DNA from: Bacilli bacterium | GTDB lineage: Bacteria > Bacillota_I > Bacilli_A > RFN20 > CAG-826 | Direction of reading: 5' to 3' | NCBI GenBank assembly: GCA_044341785.1 | Contig: JBIIRB010000002.1 | Span: 1-44,902, forward strand | DNA length: 44,902 nucleotides | Notes under the pieces: model-generated | What the model was told of the DNA's origin: nothing | Seen by the model: the letters and a program-made list of their open reading frames with translations, nothing else | Database searches by the model: none | Made by a program: the position numbers and the translations under genes | Part shown: positions 18,423-27,391 of the stretch, piece by piece | Layout: every line of letters begins with the position of its first letter | How positions within the stretch are numbered: the stretch's first letter is position 1

Positions 18423-19495
18423 AACAATCGTCCATTAAACAACTTAAAAAATTGAGCGAATTGAACGCTATTTCGGGGATGGAAAATGAAGTTGCCCATT
18501 TTTTAATGGCGCAATATGAATCGATGGGTTTTTCCATTCTAAAAGATAATTTAGGGTCGATTTTTGCTGTGAAAAAAAGTAGCCATGACAAGCCTTTTAA
18601 AGTCCTCATTCTTGGCCATATGGATGAAGTCGGTTTTTTAACAATTGATGTTCAGTCGAATGGGATGATTAAAGTTATTCCCATCGGTGGTTTAAATGAA
18701 GTGAATTTACAATCGCAACGTGTGCGTTTAAAAACCAAACAAGGCACGTATCTTCAAGGCTCAATCGATTCCACACCTCCTCATTTGTTAAAAGGTCACT
18801 CGCCGACGATTGATGTTGACGATTTACTCTTCGATTTTGGTTTTTCATCCAAACTGGAAGCTCTTCAAGCAGGTGTATATATTGGGGCCATGATCACCTT
18901 TGATGCTCCTTTTATTCAACTGCAAGGTGGAAAACGTTTTTTAGGTAAAGCCTTTGATAATCGGTATTCGTTATCGATGGGGCTTGATATCCTCAAAGCC
19001 GTTCAATCTAAAGCTTTACCGTTTGATTTATACGTAGGTGCGTCGGTGCAAGAAGAAGTCGGTTTACGAGGCGCACAAACCGCAGCGCAATTGATACAAC
19101 CTGATTTTGCTTTTGTGCTTGATTGTTCCCCGGCACGCGATAGCAGTGGCAATCCTTCCGAACTGGGCCAATTAGGTGGTGGTGTCCTGCTACGTTTCAT
19201 CGACCGTTCGATGATTGCCTCGCCGGTCTTACTTGATTATCAAGAGTCAATTGCTAAAAAACTAAAAGTTCCTTGCCAATATTATGAAAGTCCAGGTGGC
19301 ACAGATGCGGGTGCGGTTCATAAAAGCTTAGATGGGGTTCTAACGTTAACCCATTGTATTACCGCTCGCAGCATTCATAGCAGTTCAACCATCATGGATG
19401 CATCCGATTATGATGCAGCTTTTAAAACTTTGCTTTACATGATCAAGCATTTAAATCATGATCAATTAGCAAAATTTAAGAAAGGTTACCGATGA
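18419..19495 (+). CDS. M42-family aminopeptidase (glutamyl aminopeptidase / YsdC-YtoP-FrvX type)
   Basis: Contains 'ISGMENEV', 'ILGHMDEVGF', 'KAFDNR', 'VQEEVGLRGA' and 'GGTDAG'. ATGA overlap with trmB. Confidence 0.85.
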   Translation: MKQSSIKQLKKLSELNAISGMENEVAHFLMAQYESMGFSILKDNLGSIFAVKKSSHDKPFKVLILGHMDEVGFLTIDVQSNGMIKVIPIGGLNEVNLQSQRVRLKTKQGTYLQGSIDSTPPHLLKGHSPTIDVDDLLFDFGFSSKLEALQAGVYIGAMITFDAPFIQLQGGKRFLGKAFDNRYSLSMGLDILKAVQSKALPFDLYVGASVQEEVGLRGAQTAAQLIQPDFAFVLDCSPARDSSGNPSELGQLGGGVLLRFIDRSMIASPVLLDYQESIAKKLKVPCQYYESPGGTDAGAVHKSLDGVLTLTHCITARSIHSSSTIMDASDYDAAFKTLLYMIKHLNHDQLAKFKKGYR

Positions 19496-20124
19496 ACTAT
19501 CATCTTGTTTATCAACCCTTTACGATTGGCGATATCTTACTGGTCTATTTTGAACCCCATTTAAAACCAACCCATCATGAAGTCGTTGGCAAAATGGTTA
19601 AAATTTTTCATTTACATCATTTGATTGGTGTCAATTTTTTACAAGCCTCGCTTCAATTTAAGAATTTACCGACAGGCATTATGATAAAGCCTGCTAAAGA
19701 GTTACTTCAAGCTATCAATCAAATCTTTCAAAAAGAAAATATCGAGCCTCTGCTACCGCTTCCTTCAGGGTATGTTATCGCACAAATTGAAAGCAAAAAA
19801 GAGCATCCTGATTCTGAAAACTTATTTATTTGCCAACTTTACTTAGGTGACGCCCCTGATCAAAGTCCTATCAAAATGACCGTCGTCACAAATTCAATCA
19901 AAGTCAAAGAACAGGATTATGTCGTCGTTGCCAAAGCGGGTACCTTACTCATGGATGGCACCTTTTTAGTGCCAACACCCTTTAAAGGTATTGTTTCGGA
20001 GGGCATGCTTTGTTCTTCCCAAACCTTACGTTCACCTCAACTGCAACAAGAGGGTGTGTATGTCTTTACGAAAACCCAACCGCTCGGGAAAGACTTTTTT
20101 GGACTTGATCATGTTAGAAATTGA
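19492..20124 (+). CDS. YtpR-like tRNA-binding-domain protein
   Basis: The C-terminal OB/tRNA-binding domain reads 'KKEHPDSENLFICQLYLGD...VVTNS..VKEQDYVVVAKAGT...SEGMLCS'. Size and layout match Bacillus YtpR. ATGA overlap with the upstream gene. Confidence 0.7.
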   Translation: MNYHLVYQPFTIGDILLVYFEPHLKPTHHEVVGKMVKIFHLHHLIGVNFLQASLQFKNLPTGIMIKPAKELLQAINQIFQKENIEPLLPLPSGYVIAQIESKKEHPDSENLFICQLYLGDAPDQSPIKMTVVTNSIKVKEQDYVVVAKAGTLLMDGTFLVPTPFKGIVSEGMLCSSQTLRSPQLQQEGVYVFTKTQPLGKDFFGLDHVRN

Positions 20125-21205
20125 AAAAAAGAAATTAGGCATCCAATCTCGTTTAACGAATCAAACGTTTCAATTTTCTCCATTATTAGGAAAAGGTTTT
20201 TATTCCGCTCAATATTTCATTAAAACACAAACCATCATCCAACAGTTATTGCCTAATCAAATTGTGACGATGCAGTTTTTTCAGCGAGAATCAAACATGA
20301 CGGTGTGTGGCGTGGATGAATGCATTGCATTGATTCATACGTTTGCCCAACAACCTGAACATTTAACCATTGAAGCTTTAGACGATGGCGACCTTATCCA
20401 AGCGAATGAATCCGTGCTAAGAATCACCGGGCGTTATGAAACGTTTGGTTTCCTTGAATCGATGATTGATGGCATTTTAAGTCGAAGAACGTCGGTGGCA
20501 ACGAATACCAAGGATGTATTGAAAGCCGCACAGGGTAAGCCTGTTTTTTCGATGGCCGATCGTCAAGATGATTATCACACCCAAGTAGGAGATGGCTATG
20601 CTTCCTATGTAGCGGGTATTACCAAAGTCGCAACCGACGCTCAAGGATTATGGTGGGGTGGTAAAGGCATGGGAACGATGCCCCATGCCCTCATTCAAGT
20701 GTGTGGCGGTGATATTCTTAAGGCGGTTAAACTTTACAGTCAACAATACCCCAGTGAACCGATTACAGCATTGATTGATTACCGAAATCGTGTTGTCGAG
20801 GATTCCGTCATGGTGGCCCAAGCGTTGCAAGGAAAATTACATGCGGTACGCGTGGATACTTCCATCGCGTTGATTGATGAATATTTAGCCAAAAAAGGCC
20901 TTACAGGTGATGCGTATCGTGGAGTCAACCCAACGTTAATCAAGGGATTAAGAAATGAACTCAATCAGGCAGGATTCCCGCACGTAAAAATCATTGTCAG
21001 CAGTGGATTTAACCCCGAAAAGATTGCACTCTTTGAAAAAGAAAAAGCCCCGGTGGATCTTTACGGAGTTGGGCAATATTTAATTAAAGTGAGAACCAAT
21101 TTTACCGGCGATTTAGTCATGTTAAATGGTCAACCTGAAGCCAAAGTTGGTAGGGGAAATTTCGATACAAAACGATTAAAAAAAGTCCGCTTTCCTATCC
21201 TTTAA
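20111..21205 (+). CDS. Nicotinate phosphoribosyltransferase-family protein (short type II PRTase)
   Basis: Contains 'GTMPHALIQ', 'AVRVDTS', 'IIVSSGFNPEKI' and 'YGVGQ'. The start ATG 20111 overlaps the ytpR-like end by 14 nt. I rejected the upstream extension from 19991. Confidence 0.8.
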   Translation: MLEIEKKKLGIQSRLTNQTFQFSPLLGKGFYSAQYFIKTQTIIQQLLPNQIVTMQFFQRESNMTVCGVDECIALIHTFAQQPEHLTIEALDDGDLIQANESVLRITGRYETFGFLESMIDGILSRRTSVATNTKDVLKAAQGKPVFSMADRQDDYHTQVGDGYASYVAGITKVATDAQGLWWGGKGMGTMPHALIQVCGGDILKAVKLYSQQYPSEPITALIDYRNRVVEDSVMVAQALQGKLHAVRVDTSIALIDEYLAKKGLTGDAYRGVNPTLIKGLRNELNQAGFPHVKIIVSSGFNPEKIALFEKEKAPVDLYGVGQYLIKVRTNFTGDLVMLNGQPEAKVGRGNFDTKRLKKVRFPIL

Positions 21206-21227
21206 CCCTTCATTTTTTCATTGAATT

Positions 21228-21241
21228 TGAAACCGTTTTCA
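21228..21241. promoter_or_regulatory. cre-like / LacI-family operator palindrome TGAAACCGTTTTCA
   Basis: This 14-mer fits the catabolite-responsive element consensus TGNAANCGNWNNCA at every constrained position. It lies 46 nt upstream of the regulator's ATG. Confidence 0.5.
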
Positions 21242-21286
21242 TTTAAAATGAAAATAGCTGAAAAATTCTTTCAAAAGGATGAAAAT

Positions 21287-22306
21287 ATGAACAATACAAA
21301 AGACCGTGTCACCATCTACGAAGTTGCCATTGCAAGTGGTGTTTCCCTTGCGACCGTTTCGCGCGTCATTAATAACAACAGTAACGTGACAGCAAAAACA
21401 CGAAAAAAAGTAGAAGAGACGATTGCTCGATTAGGATATAAACCTTCGCGCTTAGCCCAAGCACTGGCAACCAATAAAACGACCAATATAGGCATCGTGA
21501 TTCCTTCTGCTAATTATGTTTATATTGCTAACATGCTTAATGGAATGACCGATGAAGCCAAAGGTAGAGGATTTCAACTCACTTTATTTGTAACAAATCA
21601 ATCCAAAGAAGATGCTAAACAAGTCGTTGAAAAAGTCATTACATCCCATGTGGATGGTGCGATTATTTTTGATGATGAATTGGATGTTAATGAAATCAAA
21701 GTTCTTGAAAATTATAAGATTCCACTCGTCATCATTAATAATCAAGTGACTGGCGATCGCATTGCGACCATCAATTTTGGTTATGAACATCGCATCAGAG
21801 ACGTCCTCAATCACTATTTTGCCAAAGGTAAGAAAAAGATGTACTTCCTTCACCTTCATCATTCTGGCCGTTTACTTGATCGCATTGAAAAAGCTTTTAT
21901 TGATGCTCATATCAAATCGGGCAAAAATTATGGAGTCTTTAGCATTGAAGATTCCTATCGTCAAACGTATGCCGATTTTTTAGATATTTTTAAAACGACG
22001 AAATCAGGGTATTTTTTTGCCTATCGCGATTCGCTAGCGGCAGCAGTCATTAACGCGGCTCTCGATAGTGGCCTACGCGTGCCAGAAGATGTTGAAGTAC
22101 TATCGATTATTGGTACTAAATATGTGTCGATCATCCGCCCACAACTATCATCGTTACACATCGACTTGAAAGAAGTTGGTTCTAAATCCGTTCAACTACT
22201 TTCGCAGTTTTTAGAAGATGAAACGGACAGTTCTGAAAAGAAAACGATTGAAAAAAATACTAAATTTGAATCTTCCTTTGTTAAAAGATCAACCACATTA
22301 TTTTAA
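21287..22306 (+). CDS. LacI-family transcriptional regulator, CcpA-like
   Basis: The HTH region 'VTIYEVAIASGVSLATVSRVINNNSNVTAKTRKKVEETIARLGYKPS' is close to B. subtilis CcpA '[47 protein letters not shown]' (recalled from memory). A periplasmic-binding-protein-like core follows ('RPQLSS'). ATG 21287 is preceded by 'AAGGATG'. The TTG 21221 extension would swallow the operator, so I rejected it. Confidence 0.85.
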   Translation: MNNTKDRVTIYEVAIASGVSLATVSRVINNNSNVTAKTRKKVEETIARLGYKPSRLAQALATNKTTNIGIVIPSANYVYIANMLNGMTDEAKGRGFQLTLFVTNQSKEDAKQVVEKVITSHVDGAIIFDDELDVNEIKVLENYKIPLVIINNQVTGDRIATINFGYEHRIRDVLNHYFAKGKKKMYFLHLHHSGRLLDRIEKAFIDAHIKSGKNYGVFSIEDSYRQTYADFLDIFKTTKSGYFFAYRDSLAAAVINAALDSGLRVPEDVEVLSIIGTKYVSIIRPQLSSLHIDLKEVGSKSVQLLSQFLEDETDSSEKKTIEKNTKFESSFVKRSTTLF

Positions 22307-23577
22307 TGATGAATTTTTTAGAAGAATTACAATGGCGAGGTTTAATTAAAGAAACTTCTTCCCGCGAAGAATTAGTTTCACTTTTATCACAACCCACCAC
22401 GGTTTATATTGGTTTTGATCCATCTGCGCAAAGTATGCACATTGGCAATTTTGTTCAAATTTCCTTATTGATGAGATTTCAACGGGCCGGGCATCGCGTC
22501 ATCGCACTTGTGGGTGGGGCTACTGGCATGATTGGCGATCCGTCTGGAAAAAGTAAAGAACGCAACTTATTGGATACCCAGTCATTACAAAAAAACACCC
22601 TAGGCATTAAACGACAACTTGAGCGATTCATTGATTTAACGAATCCTAAAAAAGGCTTGTTAGTCAATAATCATGATTGGCTTGGTCAAGTGAGTTATTT
22701 ACATTTCTTACGCGACTATGGAAAATATTTTCCAATCAACTACATGCTCGCTAAAGATGTTGTAGCAAGTCGCATGGAAGCTGGTATTTCTTACACTGAG
22801 TTTTCTTATATGATTTTGCAAGCGGTTGATTTTTTAACGCTTTATTCTCAAGAAGCATGTACCATCCAAATTGGTGGTTCTGATCAATGGGGAAATTTAA
22901 CCGCAGGACTAGAACTCATTCGCAAAGTGAAGGGTTCAGAAGCCAAAGTTGCCGTGATGACAACCCCGTTAATCACGACCTCTGATGGTAAAAAATTCGG
23001 GAAATCAGAAGAAGGCGCTCTTTTTTTAGATGCTCATCTAACTTCGCCATACAAACTTTATCAATATTTTTTAAATGCACCCGACGCAGATGTCATTAAC
23101 CATTTGAAAATTTTTACATTCTTGACGCCTGAAGAAATCGCCCTCATTGAAAAAGATCATCTTGCTAATCCTGGTTCAAGAATCGGACAGAAAAAATTAG
23201 CGGAAGCGATTACGTTCCTCATTCATGGTGCCCAAGGCGTGCAAGAGGCTTTAAAGATTACGGAAGCATTTTTCTCCGGTCAAATCGAATCACTCACGGA
23301 ACTCCAAATCCAAACGTCGTTAGGCAACCTAGCTAAACCATTAGCGTTTGACATGCCTATCGAAGATATTTTAGTGGTCATTGGCGCTGCAACCTCTAAA
23401 CGTGAAGCCAAAGAATTTATTACCAATAAGTCCATCACGGTCAATGGTAAGGTCATCGATCAACTCGGATTCTTGATTACAAAAAGCGAGGCATTATTTC
23501 ATCGCTACACGATTATCCGGCGTGGAAAAAAGAATTATTACTTAATCGAGCATACAACGAATATTCCAATCCAATAA
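22306..23577 (+). CDS. tyrS: Tyrosyl-tRNA synthetase
   Basis: Contains HIGH as 'SMHIGNF', 'GGSDQWGN', KMSKS as 'KFGKSEEG', and a C-terminal S4-like domain ('SKREAKEFI...ITVNG'). The start overlaps the regulator's stop (TAATG). Confidence 0.95.
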   Translation: MMNFLEELQWRGLIKETSSREELVSLLSQPTTVYIGFDPSAQSMHIGNFVQISLLMRFQRAGHRVIALVGGATGMIGDPSGKSKERNLLDTQSLQKNTLGIKRQLERFIDLTNPKKGLLVNNHDWLGQVSYLHFLRDYGKYFPINYMLAKDVVASRMEAGISYTEFSYMILQAVDFLTLYSQEACTIQIGGSDQWGNLTAGLELIRKVKGSEAKVAVMTTPLITTSDGKKFGKSEEGALFLDAHLTSPYKLYQYFLNAPDADVINHLKIFTFLTPEEIALIEKDHLANPGSRIGQKKLAEAITFLIHGAQGVQEALKITEAFFSGQIESLTELQIQTSLGNLAKPLAFDMPIEDILVVIGAATSKREAKEFITNKSITVNGKVIDQLGFLITKSEALFHRYTIIRRGKKNYYLIEHTTNIPIQ

Positions 23578-23613
23578 ATAAAAAAACCCTGGCCAACGAC
23601 CAGGGTTTTTTGT
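23578..23613. terminator. Bidirectional intrinsic terminator between convergent tyrS and rpsD
   Basis: 'AAAAAAAACCCTGG-CCAACGA-CCAGGGTTTTTTG': a GC-rich 7-8 bp stem flanked by an A-run on one side and a T-run on the other. Confidence 0.85.
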
Positions 23614-23629
23614 TTCATTCTTTATCGAA

Positions 23630-24235
23630 TTACAAGCGACGGTTATAGTATTCAACGATTTGGGCTTCGTTAATGTCTTGCGACAATTCCGAACGTAAGG
23701 GTAAGCGAGTCATTGAACCGACAAGCTTGGCCTTATCAACAGTGAAATAACCTAATGTGCTGGCATTACTTTCAAGCGAAGCTTTAATAGCAATGAGCGA
23801 CTGGCTCTTTTCACGGATACCTACGAGATCATTTAATTCAACAAGATAACTAGCAACGTCAACTTTTTTACCATTGACTTGAACGTGTCCATGATTCACC
23901 AGTTGGCGAGCAGCTTTACGAGTTTTAGCAAAACCTAAGCGATAAACAATATTATCTAATCGACTTTCTAAGATTTGCATAAACGCTAAGCCAGTAATTT
24001 CTTTACTCTTTAATGCACGTAAGAATAAACGTTTAAATTGACGTTCATTGACGCCATAAGTAAAGCGTAGTTTTTGCTTTTCAAGTAATTGCTTACCGAA
24101 TTCAGAAGGCTTTTTCTTTCTTCCTTGGCCGTGTTGACCAGGTCCATAAGGACGACGAGCAAGTTCTTTGCCAGTTTCAAGCGTAGAAAAACCTAATCGG
24201 CGTGATCGTTTCCAATCAGATCCACGAAATCTCAT
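23630..24235 (-). CDS. rpsD: 30S ribosomal protein S4
   Basis: Contains 'MRFRGSDWKRSRRLGFS...' and 'EKQKLRFTYGV.ERQF'. The start at 24235 has SD 'AAAGGAGAAACATC'. The 10-codon upstream extension in the ORF track has no SD. Confidence 0.93.
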   Translation of the reverse strand: MRFRGSDWKRSRRLGFSTLETGKELARRPYGPGQHGQGRKKKPSEFGKQLLEKQKLRFTYGVNERQFKRLFLRALKSKEITGLAFMQILESRLDNIVYRLGFAKTRKAARQLVNHGHVQVNGKKVDVASYLVELNDLVGIREKSQSLIAIKASLESNASTLGYFTVDKAKLVGSMTRLPLRSELSQDINEAQIVEYYNRRL

Positions 24236-24422
24236 GATGTTTCTCCTTTCTTTATTTTTATGCAAAATAAAGATGTTGTATAAGTTCCTGACTCCGGATG
24301 CATAAGAATGATTTCACCATTGAGCTTAGGTTACTTTGTTCTAGTCTTAGCATCGGACGAGTCGTACTTACATGCTTCTTTACATGCCCTACTAATATAC
24401 CGAATAAAGCCCGAACAGTCAA
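24236..24422 (-). promoter_or_regulatory. rpsD promoter plus about 150 nt untranslated leader (candidate S4 autoregulatory leader)
   Basis: On the minus strand: TTGACT (24417-24422), a 17 nt spacer, then TATATT (24394-24399). A long non-coding leader runs from there to the rpsD SD. B. subtilis rpsD is known to carry a long S4-responsive leader. I did not fold this one. Confidence 0.45.
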
Positions 24423-24458
24423 ACAAAACAAAACCAATATTAGCGATGATGATGTTTG

Positions 24459-24467
24459 TGTTATATT
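24459..24467 (+). promoter_or_regulatory. Candidate extended -10 (TGtTATATT) for the ezrA-like gene
   Basis: 'TGTTATATT' ends 13 nt before the ATG at 24481, and there is no SD between them. Confidence 0.35.
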
Positions 24468-24480
24468 ATGATAAGAAACT

Positions 24481-26097
24481 ATGATTTTATTCCCTAAAAA
24501 CCATTTAAATGATTTAGAAAAGCGTTTTGAATATGCTCATGCTATTTTTGTCACCGAGTGTGCCTCGCTGTATAAGCGTATGGTCCGGATTGGCGAAAGC
24601 AATTTAGAAAATTTTGCCATACTTCAAAAATTGACCAATGCCAATGAATTCATTAAAAAAGAGCATGATGAAAAGGCTCGAACAACCTTAGAAGCTCTAA
24701 AACAATTGCTACAAAGTAAAAATAATAAAGCATTTGAAGCTTTATTATCACCTTCTAAAAGAATCATGACCGATTTTGAACGTGCAGTGAAAGAATTTTT
24801 ATTTGAACTACAAGAACTGTTAAAGCCAGAACAAGAAAGTAAACAACTGATATCAAAAATCAAAGAAGAAGCACGATTGCTTAGACAAAGTTACCATCAA
24901 AAATTAGATCGCCTCACGTTGGTTGAGGTTCCGTTAACCGTCGTTTTTAAGAGCTTTGAAGATTATTTGATAAAGCTCGATAATAAGATGGATATCGGTG
25001 ACCACGAAGAAATTAAAATCATGGTCACAAAACTAGATCAGTTTATCAATCAATTGAATACTAAACTAACAGAACTTCCTAATTTATGTGGTTTAATTGA
25101 CACTGTATTGCCATCAAAAATGAATGCTGCTCTCGAAGAATTTGATCGCTTAACCAAACTTCAATATCCCCTGCATCATTTAATGATTCGTGATACGTTA
25201 AATAAATTTGACCAAGAAATTCAAACATTCAAACAGCAATTACAACAATTAAAAACACAAGGCATTGATGAGCGTTTACAAGCCATGATTGTAAAAATTG
25301 AATCGTTTTACCCTTTATTTGAAAAAGAAAAAGAAGCTAAAATTTATTCAGAAAAAGAATATGAAGTAACTTATAAAGAGGTCAATGCTGTCGAACGAAA
25401 ATTCTCCAAACTCAACAATACGATTCCAGAATATAAAAAAGTTTATGTGATTGGTGAAGAATCGTTAAGCCAAGTTAGTATTATTCAAAAGCTGATTTCT
25501 GAGTTAAACATGACCAAGCGTGGACTTGACACGTTAGTGCTTTCCTCCACACCTCAACCTTTTTCACTTCAAGTTGCGCGGTTAACTTCTTTAAAAGAAA
25601 ACACACTCAAAGCGCATCAATTGATGGATGACTTTTTATTGTATTTATCAAATTTAAAATCAGAAGCAGAACAAGCCTACCAAGCAGCGCAATCCTATTT
25701 TCACCGGTTTAAACAAGCTGAACATGAACTTTCATTACTCAATCACCCTGAAAAAGAAAAAAGTTATCAGCCGATATTCGTCCAATATTATCAAACCATC
25801 GTTTCCACATTAGAAGCATTACAACTCAAACCCATCAATATGGTTGTGATGAATCAAAATTTATCATTACTAAAAACAGAAGGTGAAAACTTTTTGAATG
25901 CGCTGAGTCAAACTTTAAAAGTAGCTTCATTAGCAGAACAAACCATTCTCATTGCGAATCGGGATCGCCAACGGTTGAATGACTATCATCGTATTTTAAG
26001 TTTAGCGGAGCAAAGCTTTTTCGAAGGAAAATATGAAAAAGCCTACCTAGAGGCAGGCAATTTAATTAAAAAGATTCAGCAACAAAAATCAAAGTAA
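24481..26097 (+). CDS. ezrA: EzrA-like septation-ring regulator (spectrin-like coiled-coil protein), lacking the N-terminal membrane anchor
   Basis: 538 aa, helical and heptad-rich throughout. The C-terminal patch 'ILIANRDRQRLNDYH...FFEGKYEKAYLEAGNLIKK' parallels the B. subtilis EzrA QNR-patch region 'IIQFGNRYRSQNHIL...FYAFDYDDSYEIAAAAVEK' (from memory). It is close to rpsD, as in Bacillus. Confidence 0.65.
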   Translation: MILFPKNHLNDLEKRFEYAHAIFVTECASLYKRMVRIGESNLENFAILQKLTNANEFIKKEHDEKARTTLEALKQLLQSKNNKAFEALLSPSKRIMTDFERAVKEFLFELQELLKPEQESKQLISKIKEEARLLRQSYHQKLDRLTLVEVPLTVVFKSFEDYLIKLDNKMDIGDHEEIKIMVTKLDQFINQLNTKLTELPNLCGLIDTVLPSKMNAALEEFDRLTKLQYPLHHLMIRDTLNKFDQEIQTFKQQLQQLKTQGIDERLQAMIVKIESFYPLFEKEKEAKIYSEKEYEVTYKEVNAVERKFSKLNNTIPEYKKVYVIGEESLSQVSIIQKLISELNMTKRGLDTLVLSSTPQPFSLQVARLTSLKENTLKAHQLMDDFLLYLSNLKSEAEQAYQAAQSYFHRFKQAEHELSLLNHPEKEKSYQPIFVQYYQTIVSTLEALQLKPINMVVMNQNLSLLKTEGENFLNALSQTLKVASLAEQTILIANRDRQRLNDYHRILSLAEQSFFEGKYEKAYLEAGNLIKKIQQQKSK

Positions 26098-26098
26098 A

Positions 26099-26458
26099 TT
26101 AAAGTTTAATTTGTTTTTTGGCAGTTTCAACTAAGGTTTTAAAGCTAGCAACGTCATGAATCGCTAATTCAGAAAGCATTTTTCGATTCATTTCAATGCC
26201 TGATTTTTTAAGACCAAACATGAATTGATTGTAACTTAAACCATTTAATCGGCAGGCTGCATTGATGCGTTTAATCCATAACTTTCTGAAGTTTGATTTA
26301 CGATCACGGCGATCATTGAATGCATACTGCCATGAATGCATTAATTGTTCTTGGGCTGTGCGATATAAAATATGCTTTGCGCCAAAATAACCCGAAGCTA
26401 ATTTTAAAACTCGTTTACGACGTGTACGCGATACGGTACCACCTTTTACTCGTGACAT
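26099..26458 (-). CDS. rplT: 50S ribosomal protein L20
   Basis: Contains '[28 protein letters not shown]' and '[14 protein letters not shown]'. Confidence 0.96.
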   Translation of the reverse strand: MSRVKGGTVSRTRRKRVLKLASGYFGAKHILYRTAQEQLMHSWQYAFNDRRDRKSNFRKLWIKRINAACRLNGLSYNQFMFGLKKSGIEMNRKMLSELAIHDVASFKTLVETAKKQIKL

Positions 26459-26469
26459 AATGATTCTCC

Positions 26470-26664
26470 TTAGAAGTTAATCAAGGCTTTAATGCGCTTG
26501 ATATCACTTTTGTGTATTTCACGGCTCTTGCGAAGATGACGCTTTTGCTTGGTTGATTTACCAGTCGCTAAGTGACCAGTATTCATCGCTTTATGAAAGA
26601 CTTTACCACTCTTGGTAATTTTAATTCTTTTCATCAGCGCACGTTTCGATTTCATTTTTGGCAT
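26470..26664 (-). CDS. rpmI: 50S ribosomal protein L35
   Basis: '[22 protein letters not shown]...[11 protein letters not shown]'; 64 aa, between infC and rplT. Confidence 0.95.
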   Translation of the reverse strand: MPKMKSKRALMKRIKITKSGKVFHKAMNTGHLATGKSTKQKRHLRKSREIHKSDIKRIKALINF

Positions 26665-26676
26665 AATTATCTTTCC

Positions 26677-27234
26677 TTATTTCTTAACCGTTGAACTTAG
26701 AATAGCAGTCATTAACTTGCCTTCTAGTTCAGGTCGCTTTTCGACAATCGCGTACTCACTCACTAATTGAATGAATCGGGTCATCGTTTCGGTTCCAAGT
26801 TCGATATGGGTCATTTGTCTGCCACGGAAACGCAGCACTAATTTAACCTTATCGCCTTCTTGGAAAAAACCGATTGCACCTTTGACTTTGACCATGAGGT
26901 CGTTTTCACCAATTTGCGGCGTGATTTGAACTTCTTTAATATCAATGATATGTTGATTCTTTTTGGCTTCTTTGGCTTTCTTTTGCATTTCAAATCGATA
27001 TTTCCCATAATCGAGTATTTTACATACAGGCGGTTTAGCACTCGGGGCAACGCATAAGAGGTCCATTCCAAACTGCTCTGCTGCCTGTAAGGCTGCGTAG
27101 CGTGAGAGGACACCTAACTGCTTCCCATTCGGATCAATCACAAGCACTTCAGGAAACCGTATGCTTTCATTGACAAGATCTGAACTTTTTCGTTCGGGAC
27201 GTACCGGTATTGTGTTGTAAGCTATAAATATCAT
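26677..27234 (-). CDS. infC: Translation initiation factor IF-3
   Basis: Contains 'VNESIRFPEVLVIDPNGKQLGV', 'DLLCVAP.AKPPVCKILDYGKYRFE' and 'IKEVQITPQIGENDL'. The exact start is uncertain. The listed ATG sits directly against the GGAG, and in-frame ATA codons lie just downstream. IF-3 genes commonly use non-AUG starts. Confidence 0.9.
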   Translation of the reverse strand: MIFIAYNTIPVRPERKSSDLVNESIRFPEVLVIDPNGKQLGVLSRYAALQAAEQFGMDLLCVAPSAKPPVCKILDYGKYRFEMQKKAKEAKKNQHIIDIKEVQITPQIGENDLMVKVKGAIGFFQEGDKVKLVLRFRGRQMTHIELGTETMTRFIQLVSEYAIVEKRPELEGKLMTAILSSTVKK

Positions 27235-27390
27235 CTCCTTTTATTAAGAAAAAACGGACGTGAAGCACGTCCGTTCAATAGCTAAGTGATCTAGCATTGA
27301 CCCATTCAAATCTTGAATCAGGTGAGAAGCGGACGCCTCTTCTTTCTATTTTTACTCTCATACAATACCAAAGCACTAAAGGAATGTCAA
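27235..27390 (-). promoter_or_regulatory. infC-rpmI-rplT promoter and L20-type leader with attenuator terminator
   Basis: On the minus strand: TTGACA (27385-27390), 17 nt, then TATTGT (27362-27367). A structured leader follows, ending in the hairpin 'AACGGACGTG-CTTC-ACGTCCGTT' plus TTTTTT (plus-strand 27248-27275) just before the infC SD. This matches the architecture of the Firmicute L20 leader. Confidence 0.6.
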
Positions 27391-27391
27391 T

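Noticed and set aside
26096-26120. The AT-only palindrome 'AAATTAAA-G-TTTAATTT' followed by GTTTTTTG at the ezrA-like/rplT junction, considered as an intrinsic terminator.
   Set aside because: The stem is purely A/T and a 1-nt loop is sterically impossible. The T-run lies inside rplT coding sequence. This is too weak to call.
27225-27234. Calling a specific non-AUG (ATA) initiation codon for infC.
   Set aside because: The ATG at 27234 directly abuts the GGAG, and in-frame ATA codons follow. That fits the known IF-3 autoregulatory use of unusual starts, but the sequence alone cannot choose between them.
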